Shown in pieces: positions 19,001 through 27,419 of a stretch of DNA of 38,350 nt (position 1 is the stretch's first letter; every line of letters starts with the position of its first letter). The notes beneath the pieces were generated by a model that saw only the letters and a list, made by a program, of their open reading frames with translations, searched no databases and was not told where the DNA came from. This DNA is from an uncultured Syntrophaceae bacterium. Its GTDB lineage: Bacteria > Desulfobacterota > Syntrophia > Syntrophales > UBA4778. The stretch is taken from assembly GCA_964556675.1 (NCBI GenBank), contig CAZKYN010000001.1, forward strand, positions 1 through 38,350, in the 5' to 3' direction. The translations under genes and the position numbers were made by a program.

Positions 19001-19189
19001 TCCAGCGGGGCCGGGGCCATCTCGAGGCAGGTCATGGGGACGGCCGTCATCGGGGGCATGCTGGCCGCGAGCTTCATAGCCATTTTCATTATCCCGGTCA
19101 CGTTCTATCTTGTGGCGAAATTCTCCAAGCAAAAACCGCATGACCAGCTGATCATGGTCGTTCCGCCGGAGGACAAGGGCCATGAGTAG
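16031..19189 (+). CDS. multidrug efflux RND permease (HAE1, AcrB/MexB-like)
   Basis: 1052-aa ORF with the N-terminus MSEFFINRPIVAMVISILMVIVG and a 12-TM architecture with two large periplasmic loops. Confidence 0.95.
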   Translation: MSEFFINRPIVAMVISILMVIVGVVAMLGLPIAQFPNIVPPEIQVKTTYTGADALTVEQSVATPIEQKMSGVDNMNYMYSINANNGQITLYVNFDVKTDPNTDQILSQMRVTQADSQLPSDVRSFGVTTQKSTSAPLIIFCLYSPKGTYDGIFLANYSNININDQMTRVPGIASVTVFGAGEYAMRLWVRPDRLANLGITVPEIVNAIQAQNTVNPAGQIGAEPVPPGQDFTTAVRSEGRLENEDQFGNIIIRAKPDGSFVRIKDVGRIELGSQTYNLAGRLNGKPAAVIALYQLPGSNAIDAAKGARKVMETLKESFPDDVEYVVALDTTLAVTEGIKEIVKTLYEALILVIIVVFIFLQGWRATLIPLLAVPVSLVGTFMLFPPFGFSINTLSLFGLVLAIGLVVDDAIVVVEAVEHHIEHGLSPKEATRKAMQEVSGPVIAIALILAAVFVPTAFIPGITGRLYQQFAVTIAVSVIISAFNALTLSPALSALLLRPRKKAWGPLQKFYDWFNRVFGRATDGYVNWSAILVRKSVISMVFLVSMAVLAGLFGKMLPTAFLPEEDQGYVYAGLQLPDASSLQMTQKVSQKAEDIILKTPGVKYCTSVIGYSMLSQVQNTYSTFFWITLEDWAERKKPEEKYETIKAHLTRELGNLPDAIGFSFSPPAIPGIGAAGGFTFLLQDRAGKDVKFLAENTAKFLDEARKRPELAGVNSTFRPTVPQLFIKVDRDKVLKQGVSLADTYKTLQCFMGGIFVNYFNRFGRQWQLYVQADGEYRTKASYLGEFHVKNADGNMVPMAALISTNPIEGPEFTMRYNLYRSAQINGSAAPGYSSDQAMEVLEDVFAKTMPREMGFSYLGMSYQEKKAKEGVPPAVIFGFSLLCVFLILAAQYESWSLPFSVLLGTPIAVMGALGALWVFRFENNIYAQIGLVMLIGLSAKNAILIVEFAKMEYEKGTPLMEATLAGAKLRLRPILMTSLAFILGCVPLAKSSGAGAISRQVMGTAVIGGMLAASFIAIFIIPVTFYLVAKFSKQKPHDQLIMVVPPEDKGHE

Positions 19190-19258
19190 CAGACACCTGA
19201 ATATCTCTGAAGTGGAAGGGTATCACCCTCATGCTCAGGGATTTTTCACATGGCGAAT

Positions 19259-19336
19259 TGTTGTCGTCCTGAGCGCAGCGAAGAATCTGTTTGTAAATAA
19301 AAACAGATTCTTCGTCGCTTTCGCTCCTCTGAATGA
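19259..19336. repeat. about 75-bp palindromic intergenic repeat (REP/MITE-like), copy 2
   Basis: The sequence is GTTGTCGTCCTGAGCGCAGCGAAGAATCTGTTTGTAAATAAAAACAGATTCTTCGTCGCTTTCGCTCCTCTGAATGA. It contains a perfect 13-bp hairpin (GAAGAATCTGTTT/AAACAGATTCTTC) and aligns with 1935-2006. The outer arms GCGAATT/AATTCGC flank it. Confidence 0.6.
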
Positions 19337-19436
19337 AAAAAAATTCGCTCAAGGAAAATCCGAGTCGCTATCGGGCGATCCCCTTCCACTTCCATTTTCA
19401 GCTGCTCGATCCTTGCGTGCAGCGCGCGAGCATATT

Positions 19437-20864
19437 TTGCCCAAAGCTATTTTCCTGCTCCTTTCATTCATAATTTGCGGGTGCATGGTGGGACCGGATT
19501 ATAAGCGCCCTTCGGTCGAGAGCCCGGCGGACTGGCGCTTTGAGGAAAGCGAGGCCCGGGATACGGCCAACACCATATGGTGGGAGCAGTTCAATGATCC
19601 GGTCCTGAATCAAATGATTATTATCGCGTTAAAAGAGAACTATGATTTGCGGATCGCGGCTGCCAGGGTCGATGAATTTGTCGGCAGGTACTGGGCTGGG
19701 CGTTCGGGATTGTTCCCGCAGATAAACGTGAACGCCGACGCGGGGAGGAGCAGGTTTTCCGAAGAGGGTCCGGTGCCGCTTACCCCGGGAGTCAAAAACC
19801 CCTCAAACGTTTACGACGCTTCAATTCTCGGCAGCTGGGAGCTTGACCTCTGGGGCAAATGGCGCAGGACCGCCGAAGCGGCCCGAGCCGACCTGCTGGG
19901 CACGCAGGAAGCGCGGCAGGCGGTCATCCTCTCTCTTGTCAGCTCCGTAGCGATCGGCTACATAAACCTCCGTGAGCTCGACAAACAGCTCGAAATCGCC
20001 ATCCGGACCGCCGAAAGCCGCGGAGAATCTTACAGGCTTTTCCAGCGAAGGTTTGCAGGCGGCGTTGTCTCGGAACTGGAGCTCAACCAGAACAAGTCGG
20101 AATATGAAACGGCCCTGGCCAGCATTCCTCCCATACAGAAGTCGATAGCCCTCCAGGAGAACGCCTTGAGCGTCCTTCTGGGAAGAAACCCTGCCCCCAT
20201 ACAAAGAGGGAGCAGCCTGGACAATCTTGTCTTGCCCGCGGTCCCCGCAGGCATCCCCTCGGAGCTGCTGGCGAGGCGCCCCGACATCCGGCAGGCCGAG
20301 CAGGCCCTTATCGCCGCGAATGCCAGGATCGGCGCCGCCAAAGCCCAGTACTTCCCCAGCATCTCCCTCACCGGGCTTTTCGGGTGGTCCAGCACCGATC
20401 TCTCGAACCTTTTCACCGGCCCCGCGAAGGTCTGGAGCTGGGCCGGGGTCCTCACCACTCCGATATTCACGGGCGGGTCAATAGCGGGGCAGGTCAAGGC
20501 TACCAGGGCCATTCAGCAGCAGGCGCTGTATTCCTACCAGGGCGCAATCCAGAATGCCTTCCGCGAGGTCGACGACTCCCTGGCGGGCCAGAAGCTCACG
20601 CGTCAGCAGCTTCAGGCCCAGGGCCATGCGGTCGAGTCGCTCCGCGAATATGCGCGCATTGCCAGGAAGCGATACGAAAACGGGTATACGAGCTATATTG
20701 AGGTCCTGGATTCCGAGCGCAGCCTCTTCAACGCAGAGCTGCAATACGCCCAGATACAGGGTGTGCTTTTTGTGACACTGGTGAACCTGTACAAGGCCAT
20801 GGGGGGCGGCTGGGTGGTCATAGCCGACCAGATGGCTTCAGACCAGGCGAAATCTCAAAAATAA
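19437..20864 (+). CDS. efflux transporter outer membrane factor lipoprotein (NodT family)
   Basis: The track ORF starts at 19182 but reads through the palindromic repeat. The mature protein signature is ...PKAIFLLLSFIICGC-MVGPDYKRP (lipobox followed by the GPDY motif). I therefore place the start at TTG 19437, which is uncertain. The rest is a typical OMF with two repeats. Confidence 0.8.
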   Translation: MPKAIFLLLSFIICGCMVGPDYKRPSVESPADWRFEESEARDTANTIWWEQFNDPVLNQMIIIALKENYDLRIAAARVDEFVGRYWAGRSGLFPQINVNADAGRSRFSEEGPVPLTPGVKNPSNVYDASILGSWELDLWGKWRRTAEAARADLLGTQEARQAVILSLVSSVAIGYINLRELDKQLEIAIRTAESRGESYRLFQRRFAGGVVSELELNQNKSEYETALASIPPIQKSIALQENALSVLLGRNPAPIQRGSSLDNLVLPAVPAGIPSELLARRPDIRQAEQALIAANARIGAAKAQYFPSISLTGLFGWSSTDLSNLFTGPAKVWSWAGVLTTPIFTGGSIAGQVKATRAIQQQALYSYQGAIQNAFREVDDSLAGQKLTRQQLQAQGHAVESLREYARIARKRYENGYTSYIEVLDSERSLFNAELQYAQIQGVLFVTLVNLYKAMGGGWVVIADQMASDQAKSQK

Positions 20865-20946
20865 CCGCTGAATAGGCAAAGCCGTGTCAAGGCGCTTCAT
20901 GGTGATTACTTGGAATATCCATAAGGCTTGATAGATTTCTGACCCG

Positions 20947-21128
20947 CTCCTCATGGCCTGCATAGTAGCAATAGTCAACGAGGCGTTTGCGCATCCCTTA
21001 CACTATCGGACTTGTCCTCGCCGGAATAGGGCTCTCGTTCATCCCCTTTTTTGATCTTTGTGCAGGGGCTTACTATGACTCCGCTGCTGCGCCGCATGGG
21101 AGAGATCAGGGAACCCGGTGCTCCTTAA
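20947..21128 (+). pseudogene. remnant of a CPA1/NhaP-type cation:proton antiporter gene (frameshifted, internally deleted)
   Basis: Three frames carry recognisable pieces. LLMACIVAIVNEA starts at 20947. RRLRIPYTIGLVLAGIGLSFIPFF is in the 20987 frame. IFVQGLTMTPLLRRMGEIREPGAP* runs 21054-21128. These correspond to the N-terminal TM1-TM2 and the last-TM motif of such antiporters, with several hundred codons missing between them. Confidence 0.45.
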
Positions 21129-21283
21129 ACATCGCGCAAGCATTCCAGGGTAAAAAGCCGATTACAAAGCCGGCCTGATTCCGCTGCATTTTCATCCATG
21201 CGCCGGAGAAAAATAATATTTACCCTGATACAGCGGCGGGGGAAAAAGTCATACACATATTCAATGCTCCAAGGAGGATTAAG

Positions 21284-21985
21284 ATGATGAGAAAAAAATA
21301 TTTGATCATTGCGGTCCTTGTTGCCGTAACAGCCGCCGGGTGTGCAAAAACAAAGGTCACAAATCGCGAGCAGCTCGTAACGGAACAGCTCCCCAAGCCG
21401 GCAAATATCTGGGTATACGATTTCACCGCCACGCCTAAGGATATTCCGCCCTATTCAGAATTCGCAGGAAAGTTTGAATCCTCTCCTCAAACAGATGAAC
21501 AGATTGCGACAGGCAAAAAGCTCGGCAACCTGATTGCAGTCGACCTGGTTAAAAGGATAAACGCCATGGGAATGTCCGCGAAACATGCCACGGCTTCTTC
21601 GAAGCCGCAGGTCAACGATCTCGTTCTGAGGGGTTATTTACTTTCATCAGAAGAAGGGAAAGCCGGAAGACGTGTGATCATCGGGTTGGGGACAGGCAAT
21701 ACCAATCTGCAGGCGGCGGCTGAAGGTTTTCAAATGACCCCCACGGGATTGCGCAAGCTCGGTTACGGCCAGGCTGACGCCGGCGGCGGCAAGACGCCCG
21801 GGGTCGGCGTCGGCGCCGCCTCTTACGCGATCACGGGAAGTCCTATCGGCCTCATTGTTACGAGCGGGATGAAGCTGTACGGGGAAGCGAGCGGCAAAGG
21901 CAAGCTGGCGGGCCGCGCCGATCAGATCTCAAAGGAAGTTGCCGAAAGACTGAGGGCCCGTTTTCAACAGCAGGGGTGGATATAG
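21284..21985 (+). CDS. lipoprotein, DUF4410-like
   Basis: 233-aa ORF with an AAGGAGG Shine-Dalgarno and a lipobox AAGC. IWVYDFTATPKDIP follows the linker. The family name is from memory. Confidence 0.6.
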   Translation: MMRKKYLIIAVLVAVTAAGCAKTKVTNREQLVTEQLPKPANIWVYDFTATPKDIPPYSEFAGKFESSPQTDEQIATGKKLGNLIAVDLVKRINAMGMSAKHATASSKPQVNDLVLRGYLLSSEEGKAGRRVIIGLGTGNTNLQAAAEGFQMTPTGLRKLGYGQADAGGGKTPGVGVGAASYAITGSPIGLIVTSGMKLYGEASGKGKLAGRADQISKEVAERLRARFQQQGWI

Positions 21986-22006
21986 GAACTGGAAAGGAGA
22001 AAAGGA

Positions 22007-22372
22007 ATGGCGGCAACCATTAAAAGGGAGCAAAACGGCATCTGGGTGGTTCACCTCAGCGGCGCCCTCGGCAAGCAGGAACTGGATACTATCCAGTCGG
22101 CCGCTTTGAAGGAAGCCGGCCCCGGCGGGGACAAGGCCAGGGTGCTGGTCATCGTTGATAATGATTTTCGGGGCCTGACAGGCGGAGTCCAGGAGTGGAG
22201 CGATGTTAGTTTCATTATGAAGTACGGAGACAAGATCGCGAAAATAGCGATAATCGGCGACCCCGCATGGGAGCAGGATATGCTGATGTTTGCCGGCGAA
22301 GGGGTGCGGTCAGCCCCCGTCAGGTACTTCCGCACCGGCCAGCTTGCCGAAGCCCAGAACTGGCTTTTGTGA
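22007..22372 (+). CDS. STAS/SEC14-like (SpoIIAA-like, DUF3478-type) protein
   Basis: 121-aa ORF with an AAAGGAG Shine-Dalgarno. KIAKIAIIGDPAWEQDMLMFAG...VRYFRTGQLAEAQNWL is typical of this family. Confidence 0.65.
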   Translation: MAATIKREQNGIWVVHLSGALGKQELDTIQSAALKEAGPGGDKARVLVIVDNDFRGLTGGVQEWSDVSFIMKYGDKIAKIAIIGDPAWEQDMLMFAGEGVRSAPVRYFRTGQLAEAQNWLL

Positions 22373-22434
22373 GAGACTGCAGATGAGGCCTCTCATGAAG
22401 AGCCGATAAAACAAGTGACATTTCGGGACCCAAA

Positions 22435-23199
22435 ATGGCGGCCCTGAGGGGAGCAGCACTGGCGCTCTTTTTCTTCCTGGCAATCCCGCTTGGGACTGCG
22501 GCCGAACCCGACCGCAACACAGAAATAATCGGCGACATAGACCCGACCAAACCCGTCATCTTCAACGTCCGGGAGGAATTCTATAATCTGAAAGGAGATG
22601 CGTGGCGAAACTTCTTTATCCTGAGGACCGATATCGTCAAATTCGGCGGGTTGCGAAACTTCCTCCTGAGATTTGACGTGCCTGTTACGTCTGCGAACCT
22701 GGGAAAGGGCACACATACCGGCCTGGGGGATATCTACAGCCAGGCGCTCCTGGTCCCCTACGCAACCGAAAATTTCTTCGTTGCCGCGGGTTCAGGCATT
22801 ACCGTCCCGTCCGCGACGGACGGCAGTTTAGGAGCCGGCAAATGGCAGGTCGACCCTCTCGCAATTCCCGGCTGGTGGATAGGGGAGCGAAGGGCCCTGT
22901 TCTTCATCAAGGCGCAGGATTTTATATCCTTCGCCGGCCAATCGGACCGCGACAATATCCATTACCTGACCGTCAATCCTTTTCTGATTGCGAAGCTCAG
23001 CTGGAAATGGTGGGTGGGCGCCGACACGGAGGTCAAGGTCAACTGGCATATGGATGACAGGAAAAGCTTTAAGTCGGGCCTGGTCATACTCAAGATGTGG
23101 ACGGATACCTTCGGCACGTGGGTCAAGCCGGAAATCCCCTGGGGCCCGAACCGCGAGGGGGATTATAATATCAAGGCTTCATGTTTCTGGAATTATTAA
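22435..23199 (+). CDS. putative outer-membrane beta-barrel protein
   Basis: 254-aa ORF with a signal peptide (cleavage near GTAA-EP). It shows an alternating amphipathic pattern and ends in an aromatic residue (SCFWNY), as OMP beta-barrels do. Confidence 0.5.
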   Translation: MAALRGAALALFFFLAIPLGTAAEPDRNTEIIGDIDPTKPVIFNVREEFYNLKGDAWRNFFILRTDIVKFGGLRNFLLRFDVPVTSANLGKGTHTGLGDIYSQALLVPYATENFFVAAGSGITVPSATDGSLGAGKWQVDPLAIPGWWIGERRALFFIKAQDFISFAGQSDRDNIHYLTVNPFLIAKLSWKWWVGADTEVKVNWHMDDRKSFKSGLVILKMWTDTFGTWVKPEIPWGPNREGDYNIKASCFWNY

Positions 23200-23289
23200 T
23201 GTGGGCAGTTCAAGTGAAAACATGAAAGCAGGCGAGACCGCACCAGCGCACTGATCAACTGAGTTTTTGGCGTATTGTTTATCCCCGGC

Positions 23290-23757
23290 TTATTTCCCGG
23301 AACCTTTATCCCGGAAGAGAGTCTTAAAAAACGGCTCTTCGCTTCCCTTCACATATACTTTGCTCATCAGGACCCAATCGGGCGAGAAGAACAGCACCAG
23401 GCGGTCATATTTCCAGAGGCCGCCGTATCCCGACAGGTTAACGCCCACGCCGGATAATGACTGGAAGCTGAAGGGAAGCCCCAGCCCCAACTCGGCGGCC
23501 TTGTAAAAATCCTTCTGGTAGACAAGAACTGTCCCGCCCTCCAGGTCGACGATTTCTCTGGGAGCTCCGCAAAACGTCAATGCATCCAGGAGAGTGGATT
23601 GGTTTTCCTTCAGCTCGATCGAGGCAGGCACGGCATTGCCGATATTAAATTTTTCCATGCGCAGGGTAATACATCCTGACGCAATTACAGGGATGATAAA
23701 AACCAGGACGAATTTAACGAATTTAAAAGGGCATGCCATAGGCCGCCTTCGCCGCAT
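23290..23757 (-). CDS. hypothetical lipoprotein
   Basis: 155-aa ORF with a lipobox IASGC. It overlaps the upstream lipoprotein gene by 35 nt; the start could alternatively be Met7. Confidence 0.55.
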   Translation of the reverse strand: MRRRRPMACPFKFVKFVLVFIIPVIASGCITLRMEKFNIGNAVPASIELKENQSTLLDALTFCGAPREIVDLEGGTVLVYQKDFYKAAELGLGLPFSFQSLSGVGVNLSGYGGLWKYDRLVLFFSPDWVLMSKVYVKGSEEPFFKTLFRDKGSGK

Positions 23758-24100
23758 CTATAGAGCTGCCGTAATGCGTGAGAACGCCGTTTTTATCAAA
23801 AAAGAAAACGATCTGGTCATACCCCCTGTCGTAGTTCACAAATGTGACCAGGACCAGCCACACCAGCGTTCCCTTGCCTGTTTCCCTCGTGTAAATGTAG
23901 GCATTCCCGTTCGATAACTTAACAACCTGGGCGGGGGGCCCGAAAAGCTGCGTCACCCGGCCGGCTGTGGTCGTTCCGGGGACAACCGAATTGAGCAATT
24001 TGGCGTCAAACGCGCGGTAATCGCGTTCACGCCCGATCACGACACACCCTGAAACCAGGATCAAGACGAAAATTATTGCAGGCGGTAGAATTTTTCTCAT
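23723..24100 (-). CDS. small lipoprotein, BamE/SmpA_OmlA-like
   Basis: 125-aa ORF with a lipobox LVSGC. GTTTAGRVTQLFGPPAQV resembles the BamE-fold signature. Confidence 0.55.
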   Translation of the reverse strand: MRKILPPAIIFVLILVSGCVVIGRERDYRAFDAKLLNSVVPGTTTAGRVTQLFGPPAQVVKLSNGNAYIYTRETGKGTLVWLVLVTFVNYDRGYDQIVFFFDKNGVLTHYGSSIDAAKAAYGMPF

Positions 24101-24420
24101 AATCGATTTTGGCCTGCCAGTTAAATACCGGCCAGGCAGGGGAAAGTGGCCTTGTTCGTCAGCCCCAAAAAGAACCGGGATTCCGCTCGCGCCGAGGCTC
24201 CCGGTCGCCTTTCAGAAGGAGAATGAAATTGTGGTGTGCTCATAATATGGGGGAATAATCTTGATAGTAATTAGGGATTGTCTTAAACAAGGCATCGAAT
24301 CCTTATATTGGGGCCGGCATTTACCCTAAAGGGCACAGAGAGTATGAGTTTCCGGCGGGAGGTTTCGGACGTTTAATGCGGAGGTATTATGTAGTTCATA
24401 ACCGTTGCGGACCTGGGTCG

Positions 24421-24536
24421 AAGAGACGGTGTCAGGCAGATAACAGATGTGAAGAAACGATTTACTGGAATGAGAGCAGGTGGGACCGCAGGTTGGCCTT
24501 GCGGTTCTTCAGATTGAGCTTTTTCCGGATATTGTC
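24421..24536. repeat. 116-bp direct repeat, left copy (orphan copy of the PAS-LuxR gene 3' end plus 41 nt downstream)
   Basis: I compared it base by base with 29874-29989 and saw no mismatch. Degenerate similarity continues about 30 nt further left (ATAACCGT...AAGAGAC). Confidence 0.9.
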
Positions 24537-24570
24537 CGGATCATAGGGAAATTAAACTCATTTTTATTCG

Positions 24571-24601
24571 AAAATCAAAAAGGGCGGCAATCCGCCGCCC
24601 T
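24571..24601 (-). terminator. Rho-independent terminator of the cassette operon
   Basis: On the minus strand the structure is AGGGCGGC-GGATT-GCCGCCCT followed by TTTTGATTTT, starting 14 nt after the stop of the 746-aa gene. Confidence 0.7.
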
Positions 24602-24615
24602 CTTTCAGGAAGCGT

Positions 24616-26856
24616 TCAGATGAAATCAGCCGGAGTATCTATCATGCGAAATTCGTGTTTCTCCCATTCTTCCACATCAAAATTTTCCAGGTAAAATAGC
24701 ATGGGCCTCCAATCGCAGCTTTCGCCGCATCCAAAATAATAATTTTGGAAATGCCTGTTCAAGGAAATAATTACCTGGTTAAAAGACGGGTACTCGCCGT
24801 TTTCATCTGTCAGGATGACTCTGTTGTCCGGAGAGGCATTATGCGTCAAAAATTGGTGTGTTGCATACCAGAAGTATTCATAATTGTCGTCACATTTACT
24901 ACACCGGCAACCCATAGGCTCTCCGCACCAACCCCCAAACCATTTACCTCCGCGATTCCAGCATTCGGAGTAATCACCCGAAACATGATACACATATTTT
25001 ATCTTATTTATTTCTTTGATGTGGGGTTCTCTGAAGCAGGGATACACAGCGTAACTCCCATCCCATGTCTTTTCATGCACAAACGTATACTGCAGAACCT
25101 TGAGCCCCGAAAAATCAAAAACATCATCATTGCCCGGGACTGAGGATAGCGTCCGGCCTTTTTTCCATCCAATCCTCTGGACGCCAATCCCATCGACATT
25201 TACAGCGGACTGTCTGAAACTGATTTTTTTTCCCGAATAGTCGGCTTCGCATGGGGTTTCATACTGATTTATGTATACGCAACCCGGTCCGCTTGACCTT
25301 GTCCAGAAGCTGAACAGATTATAGCCGTTGCCCCCTTCATAACTGAGATAAATTGTCGCGGGGAACTTGACGCCCTTGAATGGGCCCACTTCATAGGGTT
25401 TATCCGAGGTAGATACAATTACCGTTTCCTTGCCGTCCGCGTCTACAAGTTTGACCTGTTTTGCATATTTGGGGGTTATCCCGTTGCATGTGATGGAAAT
25501 ATAAAACTCGTCGGAGCAGAATGCCACATTACCCGCAACAACGGCGTTGCTTTCGCTTCCCATCCTGCCCTTGAATACCACCAGGAACTTTGCGCTCTGC
25601 TCGGCATCGGTGGGCGCCTTTTCAAAGGTGAAATTCGGGCTCTTGTTGTTTCCGGAACGGGTCGAGCCCAGCGCATAACTGCCGCGCCACACGCATGTCC
25701 TCTCAAGGTTCTCATCCGTATAAAAGATCTCAAATGAGCCTTCCAGGTCTTCGCAAAAGTCGTTCACGATCTGAAATTCATGTTCGGAATCTTCCGCTGC
25801 GACCACGGCGATATTTCCCCGGAAAAAATAATTCAGCAGACCCGCCGAGTATCCGGCGGCCCTGGGCAGCAGTTTTTGCCCATAATCGCGGTTGCACGCA
25901 TCGTCCAGTATCAGGCAATGGCGCTGCAGACTCGGCCAGAAGCCCAGGTATATATAAAGCCTGCCCGCGGCGGCAAAATGCTCGATTACTTCTCCATTCT
26001 GTATCTTTCTGAAATAAATCCTTTTATAACCGTTCCCGACATCTTCCGCGTACTCCTGTGTGTCCGCCCGCCGGGGCAGCGGCTGATAGTGCGCATCCGA
26101 GGCATTGAAGCTTTCGGTGAATATGGTGTCGTCGCTTGCGAAATTGGCATTCGTGTATTCCGCCAACCCCTGGTCCGTGTAGACCGAAGGGTTGGAGCCG
26201 TTGTATTGACCCGTATCGAAGAACCGCGTTATCGGGTCGAACCCGTACGGGGCAACGCTCGTATCGACTGCCGGGAACACGACCAGGGATATTCCAGTAT
26301 TATAATTGGCCCATTTCTCGAAGGAGTCGCTCAAAGGATGGGCGTCGTTTCTCACGTGGGCCGGGGACGCGCAGTCCTGCACGAGGTGCATGACCTGCCC
26401 CAGGGATTTGAACATCCCGGCAAAGTGGCTGTCGCGGGCTGATTTACTCTGTGATGTCAGGGCATAATAGAAACTGTCCCGGGCGGCCTTCCAGGAGAAT
26501 TCGTTCTTATAGTCCTGCGCCCATACGGAAGATGACTCCCCGCTCATGAGATCATTTAAACCGGCAACAGGCCACGATTTGAGAGGATTGTGGAAGTGAT
26601 TGAGAGGCCGGAGGTAGTTATCTTCTTCCTTGGAGCCGGTTTTGAGCCACTCATCTAATGTTTGTCCATTAAGAAGATCTAAATTCGAAATTGATAGTTT
26701 TCTCAAGAAAATCGAATCTGATATTATTGAGTTAGAGAAAGCTAAATAAGTTATTTCTTTATGGGTGGTATCTATAAAAGAATAGGCTTCAGAATTCCAT
26801 AAAACTGGAACAGAGATTAGGACATGAATTATTAAAAATAATCTTCTTTTTTTCAT
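24616..26856 (-). CDS. secreted zinc-dependent phospholipase C / P1-nuclease-superfamily-like protein with a large uncharacterised Cys-rich C-terminal region
   Basis: 746-aa ORF with a signal peptide (…WNSEA-YS). HFHNP and MHLVQDCASPAHVRNDAH (H-x3-D-x5-H) parallel HFYDP and HYLGDVNQPMH of Bacillus cereus PLC. Residues of about 350-746 have no motif I recognise and end in CWNRGGKWFGGWCGEPMGCRCSKCDD...GCGESCDW. The start overlaps the upstream stop (TAATG). Confidence 0.75.
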   Translation of the reverse strand: MKKRRLFLIIHVLISVPVLWNSEAYSFIDTTHKEITYLAFSNSIISDSIFLRKLSISNLDLLNGQTLDEWLKTGSKEEDNYLRPLNHFHNPLKSWPVAGLNDLMSGESSSVWAQDYKNEFSWKAARDSFYYALTSQSKSARDSHFAGMFKSLGQVMHLVQDCASPAHVRNDAHPLSDSFEKWANYNTGISLVVFPAVDTSVAPYGFDPITRFFDTGQYNGSNPSVYTDQGLAEYTNANFASDDTIFTESFNASDAHYQPLPRRADTQEYAEDVGNGYKRIYFRKIQNGEVIEHFAAAGRLYIYLGFWPSLQRHCLILDDACNRDYGQKLLPRAAGYSAGLLNYFFRGNIAVVAAEDSEHEFQIVNDFCEDLEGSFEIFYTDENLERTCVWRGSYALGSTRSGNNKSPNFTFEKAPTDAEQSAKFLVVFKGRMGSESNAVVAGNVAFCSDEFYISITCNGITPKYAKQVKLVDADGKETVIVSTSDKPYEVGPFKGVKFPATIYLSYEGGNGYNLFSFWTRSSGPGCVYINQYETPCEADYSGKKISFRQSAVNVDGIGVQRIGWKKGRTLSSVPGNDDVFDFSGLKVLQYTFVHEKTWDGSYAVYPCFREPHIKEINKIKYVYHVSGDYSECWNRGGKWFGGWCGEPMGCRCSKCDDNYEYFWYATHQFLTHNASPDNRVILTDENGEYPSFNQVIISLNRHFQNYYFGCGESCDWRPMLFYLENFDVEEWEKHEFRMIDTPADFI
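26170..26580. repeat. 411-bp perfect direct repeat, copy in the full-length PLC-like gene
   Basis: Identical by eye to 27424-27834. The offset is 1254 bp (418 codons, in frame). Both copies are G+C-rich and are flanked by A+T-rich sequence. Confidence 0.85.
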
Positions 26857-27419
26857 TATTCGACCTCTGGAATAGTTTCTAATTTAAGTCCACTGCGTTC
26901 TTTATTGATCTCCCTAATCAGGAGCTTTTGATATTTACTAGGGAAGATTCCACGTGTTCCTAAAATTGATTTGATCTTATCTTCCGATGAAACTGCCTTC
27001 CGTAATTTGAGAACAACCTCATCACTCTGAAGGAAACCATATTTTATAAGATGTGGTTTAAACCACATTGAAGATCTTATGGGACCGTATCCGGCCTTAT
27101 AGGCGATGAAATAGGGTTCTTCATTGGTACTGCATATCGGGTTGAAATTCATGGGTGGGCCTTTGATAAGAAAGAAACCATCCTTATCCGTTAAGGTCTC
27201 CCGGGTATCAAAAAACCTTCCATGTTGAAACGGGCACCGCTGCGTCCATTCCATATTTAGTACCGCCCCCTCTATCGGTTCGCCCGTATCCGCGTCGACA
27301 ATTCTTCCCTTGTACTCGGCTGCATTGCCTTGGGCAATTATTGCGAAGAAAACGGCCGCAATTAAAACAGGCAATACGGAATATGCTCGTTTCATCCGCT
27401 TACTCCTTTTCAATTCCAA
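26856..27419 (-). CDS. secreted carboxypeptidase-regulatory-like domain protein (partner A)
   Basis: 187-aa ORF with a signal peptide. YKGRIVDADTGEPIEGAVLNM is the first strand-turn-strand of the CarboxypepD_reg/transthyretin-like fold. The gene is a paralogue of 28101..28646. Confidence 0.65.
   Translation of the reverse strand: MELKRSKRMKRAYSVLPVLIAAVFFAIIAQGNAAEYKGRIVDADTGEPIEGAVLNMEWTQRCPFQHGRFFDTRETLTDKDGFFLIKGPPMNFNPICSTNEEPYFIAYKAGYGPIRSSMWFKPHLIKYGFLQSDEVVLKLRKAVSSEDKIKSILGTRGIFPSKYQKLLIREINKERSGLKLETIPEVE

Noticed and set aside
19182-19436. N-terminal 85 codons of the track ORF 19182..20864, which overlap the RND permease stop.
   Set aside because: The stretch reads through a palindromic repeat element and has no OMF-like sequence. 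The lipoprotein signal peptide and GPDY motif begin only at about 19437.
24223-24258. An 11-codon micro-ORF (MKLWCAHNMGE) with an adjacent AAGGAGA.
   Set aside because: The Shine-Dalgarno-to-ATG spacing is only about 1 nt, there is no downstream gene on that strand, and there is no supporting structure.
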